NCBI GenBank assembly: GCA_049304095.1
Contig: JBAQNU010000004.1
Coordinates: forward strand, 8,594 to 72,593
Direction of reading: 5' to 3'
Origin: Candidatus Moraniibacteriota bacterium
GTDB taxonomy: Bacteria; Patescibacteriota; Minisyncoccia; Moranbacterales; UBA2206
Length of the DNA stretch: 64,000 nt
Positions 18,795 through 27,764 of the stretch are shown here, in pieces. A model generated the notes under the pieces. The model did not search any database. It was not told the origin of the DNA and saw only the letters and a list, made by a program, of their open reading frames with translations. The first letter of the stretch is position 1, and each line of letters begins with the position of its first letter. The position numbers were made by a program, and so were the translations under genes.

Positions 18795-21305
18795 TCAATT
18801 TATTGGCAAATTTAGTGGTTTTTTCGAAAAATATATAGCAAATATTAGGATGATCAAGCTCAAAATCCCAAGCATCCTTCTAGTGTTTGATTTTGGTTCT
18901 GGCTTTTTATCACTACTACTTTCTTCTCCGGCTATTTGCTGCTGGGACTTGTTTTCTATTTGTCCGGCACTGAACGGATTTTCTTTGCTGGCAAGAAGTA
19001 GGTTATTTTCAACATTATCCTTATTGCTAAAACCCAATGAAGCCACTAAATTGGTTCCTAAATTTGTCTTTTTATTGTTATTTTTTTTATGATCAGAGTT
19101 TGAATCATCCGAATCATTAGAATCATCGTCTGAATCGCTAGTCTCTTCACCCAAAACACTTGTTTCGGCTTCAGTCTCCGTCACCTTCTCATCCGGATTA
19201 GTGACTTTGTCACCACTGATTTTTGCTTTTAGCGTTTCCGTGCTACCGACTGAAGCTGTGCCAATGAAAGTGGCAGTTGATTCTTTCGCGTCTCCCGAGC
19301 TGTCCTCAAAAATCTTCGTCGCTTCAATTTTATAATCCCCTGCTCCAGTGCCTTGAGTAATAATTTGATATTCCCCATCTTCTGGATTAGGAATGGAAAC
19401 AATTTCATTGTCCGTATTATAGCCGGTGTAATAGGCACCGTCGATTTGATTTTTAGTCGTGTTATGTTCAAAATCCTTTCCAACAATTTTTCCGCTAGGA
19501 GAAATAACTTGGACGTCGATGGGGGAAAAAATAAAGACCACAAATATATTATCAATAAAAGAGGCTGGCATTTCTTTGCTTGGAAGTTGCCCAGTTACAG
19601 CTTCAAAAATTTCATCGGCTCCTTTGGATGGAAGCTCTGTGTGTGCTAGCGCCAGTTCGATTTTCCGATCTTCAACAGCTCTCTCTCCGACTTCCAAGGG
19701 TAAGGTTAGTTGCGTCGATTCAAATGGAACAGTTCCGTCGCCATCGCCATAGCTCAATCCATGATCACCAGAAAGTGCGTCAAAATTTTCCGGCTTTCCG
19801 TGCGCCCAAAGAGAATTTTCGTCTATTGATGGCTTTCCTACTTTGATTTCACTAATTGTTTTGCTGTCATCCAGCTTACCAACAATATTGATAAATTCGA
19901 CGCTACTTAGCTTGTCCAAATTTTCAGGCAAGTTTAAATTTTCCAAAAAAGTATTTTTGGGATAATGACTATCATATTGACGCATCTCACCAGAATCAGC
20001 GCTCTTCAAATAATCATATGTCGGCAAAAGCTCCCTGACCGATTTCATTGGTAAATTATGCACATAATCAAAAATATCAACATAACCATTTTCTTGCGCC
20101 TCTTGTTTAAAAATTAATTTTGCAAACTCATTCAAGACACTTATCTTTGAAAAATTTACATAACCACCATCCCAAGTTAAATAATCTTCCGGCGCTCCAT
20201 TGTGTGGCGTGCCAACGGTAACTAGTTGGTCAATATCATTTTGATAATCAGCGGATTCGATATATTCACGCGCAAGCAATCCCCCCATCGAATGCGCTAC
20301 GAGATCAACTTTTGGCCAATTTTTATCCTCTCTTATCGCTTTTATCTTGGCTTGCAACAAATTGGCATTGTTCACATTACTATCGCGCCACTGATAGGGA
20401 AAAACAAATAGATCTTCGTTTTCCGTATAACCATTTTCTTCAAAGGTTTCCACTAAGTTATCATACATCTTGAAAATCGGATCTAGTTTCCATTCTCCGT
20501 TATTTGTCCATTGCCAAGAACCCAAGATTCCCGGGATAATAATCACGGGATCATGGAAATCTTCTTCTGTCAGCCAATCGGAAGCATCAACATCGCCATC
20601 CATTTTGTCATAATAACAACCACTTCCCTCATAGCATGTTTTTGGCGGTCCGTCGGCATCGCCCCACCAGTTATATTTGAAATTAACAGTTTTCGTGCCA
20701 TCAAAATTATTAAAAGCCACGTCCAACTGAGAGCTATTACTAAATTTTGAACGATTAACAATTACTTTTCCCGCACTGGCAGCGCTCGCATATATCGCGA
20801 CAACGTTATCATGGAAATTACAGCCCTGAGCGTCCAATGACCCACCATTTAAATGAATACCTCCTTGAAAATAGGCATTTGCCGTATTTAGAATGGAATT
20901 ATTTTGAATCATCCGAATGGACGCTCCGGCGCCACTGACATCCACATTTTTCATTATAACTTTTCCGCCAGTTTGAACTGTAATTGAATAATACCCTCGC
21001 GCATCAGCTGCTCTTCTCAGCTTAACGGGATTTTCGGACGTTCCGCCAATAACTATTTTCCCCTGAACATTTATATTGCTGGCACCATCAAAAGTTAGTG
21101 TTACGCCATTTCGAATAAACAGCGTCGCGCCCGCATTAATAGTTATACTTCTTGTGATCATTCTGTCAGTTAGCCATTCTTGGTCGGAAGCAATTATTTC
21201 GGAATCATCTGCTTGAGAATATTCAATCAGCGCTGAAAATGATATTGGAGTTAGCGTAAAAGCCAAAACAAGAAGCATTGCACTTGTTTTTTTGATTTTC
21301 GACAT
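18795..21305 (-). CDS. secreted right-handed beta-helix / alpha-beta-hydrolase lipase (GHSMGG) protein with acidic repeat linker and C-terminal TM anchor
   Basis: Signal peptide, then a pectate-lyase-like NxxG repeat region. Lipase nucleophile elbow VAHSMGGLLA, an Ig-like domain, a D/S-rich low-complexity stretch and a C-terminal TM helix. Confidence 0.75.
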   Translation of the reverse strand: MSKIKKTSAMLLVLAFTLTPISFSALIEYSQADDSEIIASDQEWLTDRMITRSITINAGATLFIRNGVTLTFDGASNINVQGKIVIGGTSENPVKLRRAADARGYYSITVQTGGKVIMKNVDVSGAGASIRMIQNNSILNTANAYFQGGIHLNGGSLDAQGCNFHDNVVAIYASAASAGKVIVNRSKFSNSSQLDVAFNNFDGTKTVNFKYNWWGDADGPPKTCYEGSGCYYDKMDGDVDASDWLTEEDFHDPVIIIPGILGSWQWTNNGEWKLDPIFKMYDNLVETFEENGYTENEDLFVFPYQWRDSNVNNANLLQAKIKAIREDKNWPKVDLVAHSMGGLLAREYIESADYQNDIDQLVTVGTPHNGAPEDYLTWDGGYVNFSKISVLNEFAKLIFKQEAQENGYVDIFDYVHNLPMKSVRELLPTYDYLKSADSGEMRQYDSHYPKNTFLENLNLPENLDKLSSVEFINIVGKLDDSKTISEIKVGKPSIDENSLWAHGKPENFDALSGDHGLSYGDGDGTVPFESTQLTLPLEVGERAVEDRKIELALAHTELPSKGADEIFEAVTGQLPSKEMPASFIDNIFVVFIFSPIDVQVISPSGKIVGKDFEHNTTKNQIDGAYYTGYNTDNEIVSIPNPEDGEYQIITQGTGAGDYKIEATKIFEDSSGDAKESTATFIGTASVGSTETLKAKISGDKVTNPDEKVTETEAETSVLGEETSDSDDDSNDSDDSNSDHKKNNNKKTNLGTNLVASLGFSNKDNVENNLLLASKENPFSAGQIENKSQQQIAGEESSSDKKPEPKSNTRRMLGILSLIILIFAIYFSKKPLNLPIN

Positions 21306-21310
21306 TGGTT

Positions 21311-21559
21311 TTATTTTTTTTGTTTTTTAATAAAAAATATTACAAGACCGACGAAAAAAAGTCCAAGATAAAATATAGCCGTTGTAGTCATCTGAGCTAG
21401 GTAAAAAAAGATACTAGCCAGCAACATAAAAATAGAAAACACCCAGTTTCTCTTAAGAATCATTGACAGCCCGATAGCAAAAATTAAAATTATTGCCAAA
21501 GAACCACCAAAAAGCAACGACCCCAAAAATGCATACTGACCAAAAAATCCATTAAACAT
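21311..21559 (-). CDS. small 2-TM membrane protein
   Basis: 82 aa and hydrophobic. The duplicated extended -10 promoter module lies 40 nt upstream. Confidence 0.4.
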   Translation of the reverse strand: MFNGFFGQYAFLGSLLFGGSLAIILIFAIGLSMILKRNWVFSIFMLLASIFFYLAQMTTTAIFYLGLFFVGLVIFFIKKQKK

Positions 21560-21600
21560 ATATTTTCATTTTTTAACTTTCATTTAACCCCCTATAAATA

Positions 21601-21645
21601 TTATACCACAAAAACAATTTTTGCCTATTTTTGTTAATTTTTTGA
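21601..21645 (-). promoter_or_regulatory. extended -10 promoter module (TGgTATAAT), copy A
   Basis: Minus strand reads acaaaaataggcaaaaattgtttttgtggtataatat. Thirty-six of its bases recur at 23437-23480. Confidence 0.5.
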
Positions 21646-21735
21646 TATTTTCCAATATCCGCCTTTATCAGGACCGATTCTTTCAAGCAATCCCCTTTCC
21701 TTGAGTTCGGCTATATTATTTCTAATATTTTTTAT
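21634..21735 (-). pseudogene. 3' remnant of an AlbA_2/HATPase_c_4-type regulator gene (C-terminal wHTH only)
   Basis: Minus strand translates to IKNIRNNIAELKERGLLERIGPDKGGYWKISKN*. This aligns with the C-terminus TIERWIKKLKEDGFVEFIGSSKSGGYFIKK* of 21992..23323. No upstream ORF is left. Confidence 0.45.
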
Positions 21736-21977
21736 TTACATTGAAATTCAGCTAGGAGTTTTTCAAATTTTTTAAGACTCTTCAGTTCTTTAAAGTCCCA
21801 TTTTTCTCTAAAAGCAAACCATTCCTTGGTTGGCGGAGTAGCAAATCTCAACTCGTTTATTGCCCATTGTTCATCGTCTTTGAAAATTTCAACCCTTCCA
21901 AAGCACCAATCTTGGTATTCTGGTTTTACATTCCAATATTCTTCAATGAAATTCAAAAAATACATATTTTTTAACAT
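21732..21977 (-). CDS. hypothetical small protein (81 aa)
   Basis: ORF only. Lies 14 nt downstream of the AlbA_2 gene. Confidence 0.4.
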   Translation of the reverse strand: MLKNMYFLNFIEEYWNVKPEYQDWCFGRVEIFKDDEQWAINELRFATPPTKEWFAFREKWDFKELKSLKKFEKLLAEFQCK

Positions 21978-21991
21978 TTAAGCAGTACGAC

Positions 21992-23323
21992 TTATTTCTT
22001 AATGAAGTATCCTCCCGACTTAGAGCTTCCAATAAATTCTACAAAACCATCTTCCTTTAATTTCTTGATCCACCTTTCAATTGTTTTTTGCGGAGCAATT
22101 CCGGCGCTCATCATTTGGTTGGTTCTTTTGCCTGGATTATTGGCAATGAAGTTTTTCAATTTATTTGCTCCCTCATTTGCTCCCTCATTTGCTCCCTCAT
22201 TTGCTCCCTCATTTTGTTTCCTTTTCTCAAAAGTAATCACAAAAGCACCGACTTTTTCTGAGAACTCGGGCAGTTTATTGCCGTTTTTTTCACACTCTTC
22301 AATTATTCTTTGAAAACCTGTGCCCCAATTTTCAACTAGCTCGATTTGATGAAAAATTTCCACCAGCTTTTTGTTTCTGGGAATAGATCTGTTTTCTGTG
22401 AGAATGCTTTTTGTATTGATTTCTTTCGGCAGAAGTCCCGGGCTCCAAATTTCCAGCGAATTGTCAAAAATCCTAATTTGAATATTTCCCGAATCATTAT
22501 AGTCCCGATGCATGAGAGCATTGATAACAGCTTCTCGGAGCGCCAAAAGCGGATAGTCCCAAATTTCATCTCGTTTCGGCTTTCCCGTGATGACAAATTC
22601 CCTGTTAATATGCCTTTTGATGAAATCCATAATCTGTTCAACGGCCTCGATGATGTTGCCATTAAACTCTTTTTCGTCTAAAAATTTAACCACGCTCTGG
22701 CCTTTGAATCTCGCGGCTCTCACAGTGGCGTTATAGATTTCAGTATTATTTTTCACAAAACAAAGATAACCGGCATTAGTAACTTTATTTTTAGTTGCCA
22801 GTCCAGTTTTTTTCAAAAAATCAATTGCGGATGTTGTCTTGAGCTTATAATATTCCTTGTTTACTTTTTCAATCAGTTTGTCATCAAATTCAATTGTCTT
22901 GAGTTCTTTGTCTTGATACATTTTGTCGAAATCCGACAAAGCATATCTTTTGATCAGCTCCCGCACTTCCGTTTGGGACATTTTCTGATTGGTTTTGCCT
23001 ACTCTGATATAGGCCCTCTCAAAGGCAAAGACTGGCTTGTTGTCAGACTCGGAAACTTCAATCTCCACGATTTCACCAAGACCAAATGTTTTCACATTGA
23101 TCGATGGATATAGAATCGGATCGGTATGATTTTTTACTTTATTAGCAAAATCTTCGATTGTTTTTTTCCCTAGCTGAAGCTCGTTGGCTGTGCCATCATC
23201 TTTCATGCCAATAATAACCTTGCCACCTTTTTTGTTGGCAAAAGCGCAAAGACTAACAATTGCCTCTTTCCATTCGGAAAAAGAGCTCTTAAGTTCTAAT
23301 TTTTCAGATTCTTTTAGTTGCAT
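21992..23323 (-). CDS. AlbA_2 (Schlafen-like) + HATPase_c_4 + C-terminal wHTH putative transcriptional regulator/ATPase
   Basis: N-terminal LELKSSF...ANKKGGKVIIGMKDDG AlbA_2 signature. The central ATPase-like region is followed by a (NEGA)x4 repeat and a winged HTH. Confidence 0.8.
   Translation of the reverse strand: MQLKESEKLELKSSFSEWKEAIVSLCAFANKKGGKVIIGMKDDGTANELQLGKKTIEDFANKVKNHTDPILYPSINVKTFGLGEIVEIEVSESDNKPVFAFERAYIRVGKTNQKMSQTEVRELIKRYALSDFDKMYQDKELKTIEFDDKLIEKVNKEYYKLKTTSAIDFLKKTGLATKNKVTNAGYLCFVKNNTEIYNATVRAARFKGQSVVKFLDEKEFNGNIIEAVEQIMDFIKRHINREFVITGKPKRDEIWDYPLLALREAVINALMHRDYNDSGNIQIRIFDNSLEIWSPGLLPKEINTKSILTENRSIPRNKKLVEIFHQIELVENWGTGFQRIIEECEKNGNKLPEFSEKVGAFVITFEKRKQNEGANEGANEGANEGANKLKNFIANNPGKRTNQMMSAGIAPQKTIERWIKKLKEDGFVEFIGSSKSGGYFIKK
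22163..22212. repeat. perfect 12-bp tandem repeat x4 (tttgctccctca) inside CDS, encoding (NEGA)4
   Basis: Read directly from the sequence. In-frame, in the linker between the ATPase and HTH domains. Confidence 0.9.
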
Positions 23324-23379
23324 ATTTTTTTATTTAGGCTGAAAAATAAGCTATTTTTCTTTATTCCTATGGGCTAATT

Positions 23380-23415
23380 ATAGACGATCATTAGACGATT
23401 ATTAGACGATTGTCA
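23380..23415. repeat. three tandem 11-bp direct repeats (tagacgatYat) in the 5' leader of the AlbA_2 gene
   Basis: tagacgatcat tagacgattat tagacgattgt, located between the promoter module and the start codon. Confidence 0.6.
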
Positions 23416-23436
23416 AATTTGTAAACTTGTTTTTTA

Positions 23437-23480
23437 TATTATACCACAAAAACATTTTTTGCCTATTTTTGTCCACTTGT
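23437..23480 (-). promoter_or_regulatory. extended -10 promoter module (TGgTATAAT), copy B, driving 21992..23323
   Basis: Thirty-six-base match to 21601-21645. On the plus strand a second TATAAT lies 6 nt before the ATG of 23495, which suggests a leaderless start. Confidence 0.5.
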
Positions 23481-23494
23481 AGTATAATTGACTC

Positions 23495-24982
23495 ATGATG
23501 AGATTGCGAAAAATACTTACTTTTTGTCAAAAGCCCGGCTTTTTGCTTGGTTTAATTTTAGCGGCCTTTTTTTTGAAAGGTCTGCTTTTAGTGTCGGCCT
23601 TTCCTATTTTTGGCGGACAAGACGAATCGCGGCACTATAACACCATTCAATATTTAGCTGAGCCGAAAGAAAAGACATGGCCCATCACAGTGCAGACCAA
23701 AGAGCAAGCTACGGCGCAAAAGGAAGCGCAGGACAAAGATGACCTCGCCACCTATCGTTATTCGCAGGAGATTCAAAATACCGCCATAGCCACCGACACG
23801 GACGCTCTGCGCGGAGATATTTTCAACACGATTGCTTTTTCCGAAAATTCCCAAGGCCTCAACGAAAACGAAATCAATGCGCATAGTTGGAAGGCCTACA
23901 ATTTCGTCTCCCCAGCGGACATGGTGAGTGGAACTGTGTTCTATCACAAACTCGGCACGCTTATTGAAAAAGCTTTTGCTGACCAAAGTATTTTAGTGCG
24001 TTTCTATTTGATCCGTATTTTTTCGGTCTTCTTGGGGATGCTAGTGATTCTTTTAGCATACCTCACTGCCAAAAAAATGGGCTTTTCGGCGCGCCACAGC
24101 CTCCTTCTCACTGCCATTATTTCTTTCCAACCCAAATTTTCTTTCTACTATTCCAACATCAACTATGACGTACTACTCATTTTAATGTTCGCGCTTTTCA
24201 CCTATGCCGGAATTTTGACCCTCAAAGATGGTCCGAACTGGAAAAATATGGCGCTCCTGGTTTTTTCCATTTTTGTAGCGAGAGAAACAAAAGCGACTGG
24301 AACAATCCTCTTGGTTGCTTTTATTTTTCTGCTGGCGTATTTATTCTATAAAAAATTCGAGGCTCGCGTGAAAAGCCAAGTTTCTCCCTATTCAATTTTA
24401 GCCATTACACTTTCTGTCGTGATCGCCTTTGCACTCATAACGCTTTCGCTTGATCTCACCAATTTGGGGAAAGTCATCACCGCTACTGGCGCTTATTTAG
24501 GAAAAAGTCTCACCTTGGGAAGATTGGCCCTTTCAGCGCGCACCTATTGGGGCACGCTCAGCTGGACCAACAGCTTCTTTATGGATTATATTATCAACTT
24601 CATCTGGCTCATTGAATTTTTCGCAATCATTGGACTGGGATTTTTCTTTTTTGGCAAAACTGAAAAGCCTAAATTTTTGCCAGAAAAAAAATATCTCACA
24701 TTTCTAGTTGGAATGATTGTTGCCCTGCAATTGGGCATTCGTGTGGCTGATTGGTCAATTTTTCAACAGCTAGGAAAACTGGAGATTGGCGCGCCGGGAC
24801 GCTATTTCTTGCCCAACCTAACCGCGCACATTATTTTAGTTTTTTCCGGTCTCGGGATGCTTTTCACACGCTTTAAAAAAGAAACTTATTTCGACAATTC
24901 ACTCCTCCTCGGCGCAATTTTGATGCTAGCTTTTTCACTCTATTTGATTTTTGATGTGATTATTTTTAGATTTTATTTATAA
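23495..24982 (+). CDS. GT-C-like polytopic membrane protein (DUF2142-like)
   Basis: First TM is followed by GGQDESRHY (DE motif). More than 10 TM helices. Confidence 0.55.
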   Translation: MMRLRKILTFCQKPGFLLGLILAAFFLKGLLLVSAFPIFGGQDESRHYNTIQYLAEPKEKTWPITVQTKEQATAQKEAQDKDDLATYRYSQEIQNTAIATDTDALRGDIFNTIAFSENSQGLNENEINAHSWKAYNFVSPADMVSGTVFYHKLGTLIEKAFADQSILVRFYLIRIFSVFLGMLVILLAYLTAKKMGFSARHSLLLTAIISFQPKFSFYYSNINYDVLLILMFALFTYAGILTLKDGPNWKNMALLVFSIFVARETKATGTILLVAFIFLLAYLFYKKFEARVKSQVSPYSILAITLSVVIAFALITLSLDLTNLGKVITATGAYLGKSLTLGRLALSARTYWGTLSWTNSFFMDYIINFIWLIEFFAIIGLGFFFFGKTEKPKFLPEKKYLTFLVGMIVALQLGIRVADWSIFQQLGKLEIGAPGRYFLPNLTAHIILVFSGLGMLFTRFKKETYFDNSLLLGAILMLAFSLYLIFDVIIFRFYL

Positions 24983-24987
24983 CAAGA

Positions 24988-25152
24988 CTCATGCATTTAC
25001 ACTAGCCGGTATTTTTCTAAAAAATAACTCGAACGCTCTTTTTTCTTTTCAAAACTTTCCCTCATTCGACGGCATCCGGTGGAAAGTTTTGAAGAAAAAA
25101 GGCATTCTCAGACAAGATTTTTTAGAAAAATACCGGCTGTGAAATGAAATAC
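24988..25152 (+). repeat. MITE-like structured intergenic repeat, copy 2
   Basis: Same core as copy 1. The outer arms differ but remain perfectly complementary (agccggtatttttctaaaaaa / ttttttagaaaaataccggct). Confidence 0.9.
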
Positions 25153-25169
25153 TTAATCGCTATATAATT

Positions 25170-25805
25170 ATGCAACTAAATTCTACCAAAAAAATATTCT
25201 TATCTATCTTGGCATTTTTTGTTTTGCTTATTTTCGCCAGATTTTTCACGCTATTGTCTTTTCCTGACTCACGCGTTGCCTTGCAAAAAGGCGCGCTCGC
25301 TAAGTTGGAACCGAAAAGTTCGCTCACCCAAGAATTCACAGCCAACCACGCGGGACTTGCCAAGATTGAAGTGCTACTGCGCACACCCGGCATTAAAAGT
25401 GAAAATGGCGACCGAGTGGAAGCCAAGTTGATGAGTGAAAATTGCGACCAAACGCTGCGCGCCGGCGAATTGGAAAAAGCCTTTCTTGCTTCGGAAAATC
25501 TCTATGAGTTTTCTTTTGCTCGCCTCCCCGATTCACTAGGAAAGGATTTTTGTCTCAAGTTGACTTTTCTACCTCAAAAAGACAGTGCCAAAAACATTCA
25601 AATTTTTACTATGAGTGAAGCCGAAAACCAGCCACTTTCCGTGCGCCCGGTTTATGTTAATCAATATTTTTGGCAAGATTTTGCCGAATTAGGCCAGCGC
25701 ATGTCTCAGTATAAGCCGTGGTTTTTGAAAGATATATTTTTGTTTTTGCTTGTTTTTGGCTTTTTATTTGTTTCGATTTTTATCCTTCTTTTGTTTATTT
25801 TATAA
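25170..25805 (+). CDS. hypothetical bitopic envelope protein (N- and C-terminal TM)
   Basis: 211 aa. An N-terminal anchor and a C-terminal TM flank a roughly 150-aa hydrophilic domain. Confidence 0.5.
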   Translation: MQLNSTKKIFLSILAFFVLLIFARFFTLLSFPDSRVALQKGALAKLEPKSSLTQEFTANHAGLAKIEVLLRTPGIKSENGDRVEAKLMSENCDQTLRAGELEKAFLASENLYEFSFARLPDSLGKDFCLKLTFLPQKDSAKNIQIFTMSEAENQPLSVRPVYVNQYFWQDFAELGQRMSQYKPWFLKDIFLFLLVFGFLFVSIFILLLFIL

Positions 25806-25823
25806 CCATAGTATAATTAAAAT

Positions 25824-27158
25824 ATGCTGGATTTTACTAAAAACACTACTCTTGAGCCAACTTGGCAAAAGCGTTATGAACGCTTGCGCGCGTTGCTCTA
25901 TGCACTGGCATTTGCCTGGGCGCTAGCTTTGGCCTATGGCCTCATTTTTCCAACGCTTGCTTTTGACTATTTTTTCAATCCCGATGCTTTTTCCAAGAAA
26001 AATACCATCCTTGATCCGCGTGACCAAAATAATGCGCCGTTGGAAAATGGCAAGCTAACCAAAGACAAAAAATTACTGATGGATACAGCTCTTTTGGGCA
26101 ATTTTTCTGACGCAACGCTTAGCATTACGGCGGGAAATGATGTTGATCTTTCTGGTTCAACTCTTTTGGCACACAAATCCTACCGCGCTTTTCTCTATCC
26201 CGTCGGTGATCCGGTCGGTTTTCGCGAAGGCAGTTTGCTTTTTTCGGCAGGTGATTTCTATCTCGTCTCCAATGGAGAAAGACGCCAATTCGCCTCACAA
26301 GATTTGGCCACTGAACTTGGCTTCACTCCAGACATGTTTTTGATGGTTGATGCTAATGAGTTGGATTATAACAAACAGGGTGAAAAAATAACCCAAACGA
26401 ATTATCCGGACGGAACAACTTTTGTGATTGAAGATACATATTATCAACTGAAAAATAATTTGCTCTATCCTTTCGTGAGCGCAGGCGCTTTTCTTTCTCG
26501 CTATGAAGCGCGAACGGCACTCAAAAAGGACCGGGACTTTTTGAGCAAATTTGAAGTGTCGCAGGAGCAACTTGGTTTGGCAGACGGAACACTAGCAGCG
26601 ATTGGCATTTCTGTCTATATCCTAAGCGCAGGCAAAAGCTACCCCGTTGCGAGTCCTCAAGTTTTTGAAGAGTTAGGCTATGATTGGAACGCGCTTTACG
26701 TTGCCAATTCGGAAGAGGTGGGAATCTATAAAAAACAAAAACAGTTTGGAGAAGGCTCCACGCATCCTGATGGCACTATTTTTCAAGACGAAAAGATTGA
26801 AACTTATTATTTAATCGAGAATGGAAAAAAGCGTCCACTACTTGGAACGCATCTAATTGCTTCCTATGCGACAAAAATCAAACCTGTAGTTGCAGACAGC
26901 ACTAGTCTCAACCAAACCGCTTCATGCTCTCTAAAAAAAGCCGCTTTTTGGCAAAAAAATACCTACACTTGTCGGATGCCACTCGCTCAAGTCGTCGCTC
27001 AAAAAGGCAATGATTATCAATTCCTGGGGCAATTCAATGCGACTGTGGCTATTGATCAAATTCATGCGAAGTTCCACACTGCCCTCAATTTCCAAAATGC
27101 CCGCAACTCACTCTCGCGCATAAAAAATTCCGCTATCACTTTGAATGTACCTAAATAA
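25824..27158 (+). CDS. hypothetical membrane-anchored protein with four ~45-aa internal repeats
   Basis: Repeats of pattern Y(Y/L)LxxNGxxRxxxSxxxxxxLGF, for example YLVSNGERRQFASQDLATELGF, YILSAGKSYPVASPQVFEELGY and YYLIENGKKRPLLGTHLIASYA. Confidence 0.5.
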   Translation: MLDFTKNTTLEPTWQKRYERLRALLYALAFAWALALAYGLIFPTLAFDYFFNPDAFSKKNTILDPRDQNNAPLENGKLTKDKKLLMDTALLGNFSDATLSITAGNDVDLSGSTLLAHKSYRAFLYPVGDPVGFREGSLLFSAGDFYLVSNGERRQFASQDLATELGFTPDMFLMVDANELDYNKQGEKITQTNYPDGTTFVIEDTYYQLKNNLLYPFVSAGAFLSRYEARTALKKDRDFLSKFEVSQEQLGLADGTLAAIGISVYILSAGKSYPVASPQVFEELGYDWNALYVANSEEVGIYKKQKQFGEGSTHPDGTIFQDEKIETYYLIENGKKRPLLGTHLIASYATKIKPVVADSTSLNQTASCSLKKAAFWQKNTYTCRMPLAQVVAQKGNDYQFLGQFNATVAIDQIHAKFHTALNFQNARNSLSRIKNSAITLNVPK

Positions 27159-27164
27159 ATAGAA

Positions 27165-27335
27165 TCGGTGCTTTTTTCCTCGCAGCCGCATTGACTAAAA
27201 AAATAACTCGAACGCTCTTTTTTCTTTTCAAAACTTTCCCTCCCTCGACGGCATCCGGTGGAAAGTTTTGAAGAAAAAAGGCATTCTCAAACAAGATTTT
27301 TTTAGCCAATACGGCTGACTCGGGAAAATGCGTAA
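27165..27335 (+). repeat. MITE-like structured intergenic repeat, copy 3
   Basis: Same element. The inner-loop variant is ctccctcgacgg. Confidence 0.9.
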
Positions 27336-27356
27336 TTTATAAAATTTACCTAAATT

Positions 27357-27764
27357 ATGAAAAAGATTTTCACTTTTAATTTCAATCGCAAGCAAGCGCT
27401 ACTGCTTGTCTATAAACTACTGCATGATCTCTCTTTTTTGCTATTCGTCATTTTCGCCGGACTGCTTTTGGCAGAGGCGGTGATACCTGGTCTTTTGTCC
27501 TTTCATTTGAGTATTCCCCTATTTGTTTTTTTGATGCTTTTCTCACTTGGCATAATCGGACAAATTGGCCGTAAATTTGATTTGCACTATCCACTTGTTT
27601 CCGTGCGCAAAAATAAATTTATGCCTTTTTTCGTGCTCATCATTATCCTCCTTTTAGGCGGTTCAATGCTAAAATTTTCTCTTTGGGAGAATTTGCTAAT
27701 CCTTTCGGGAACACTCTATCTACTTTTTCTTTTCTACCGCATCATGCTTAGAGCGCAACGCTGA
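27357..27764 (+). CDS. small polytopic membrane protein
   Basis: 135 aa with 4 hydrophobic helices. Converges on the pseudo-HtrA gene. Confidence 0.4.
   Translation: MKKIFTFNFNRKQALLLVYKLLHDLSFLLFVIFAGLLLAEAVIPGLLSFHLSIPLFVFLMLFSLGIIGQIGRKFDLHYPLVSVRKNKFMPFFVLIIILLLGGSMLKFSLWENLLILSGTLYLLFLFYRIMLRAQR

Noticed and set aside
22002-22313. 103-aa plus-strand ORF with FAPS repeats
   Set aside because: It is the antisense reading of the 12-bp tandem repeat inside the AlbA_2 gene, so an artefact.
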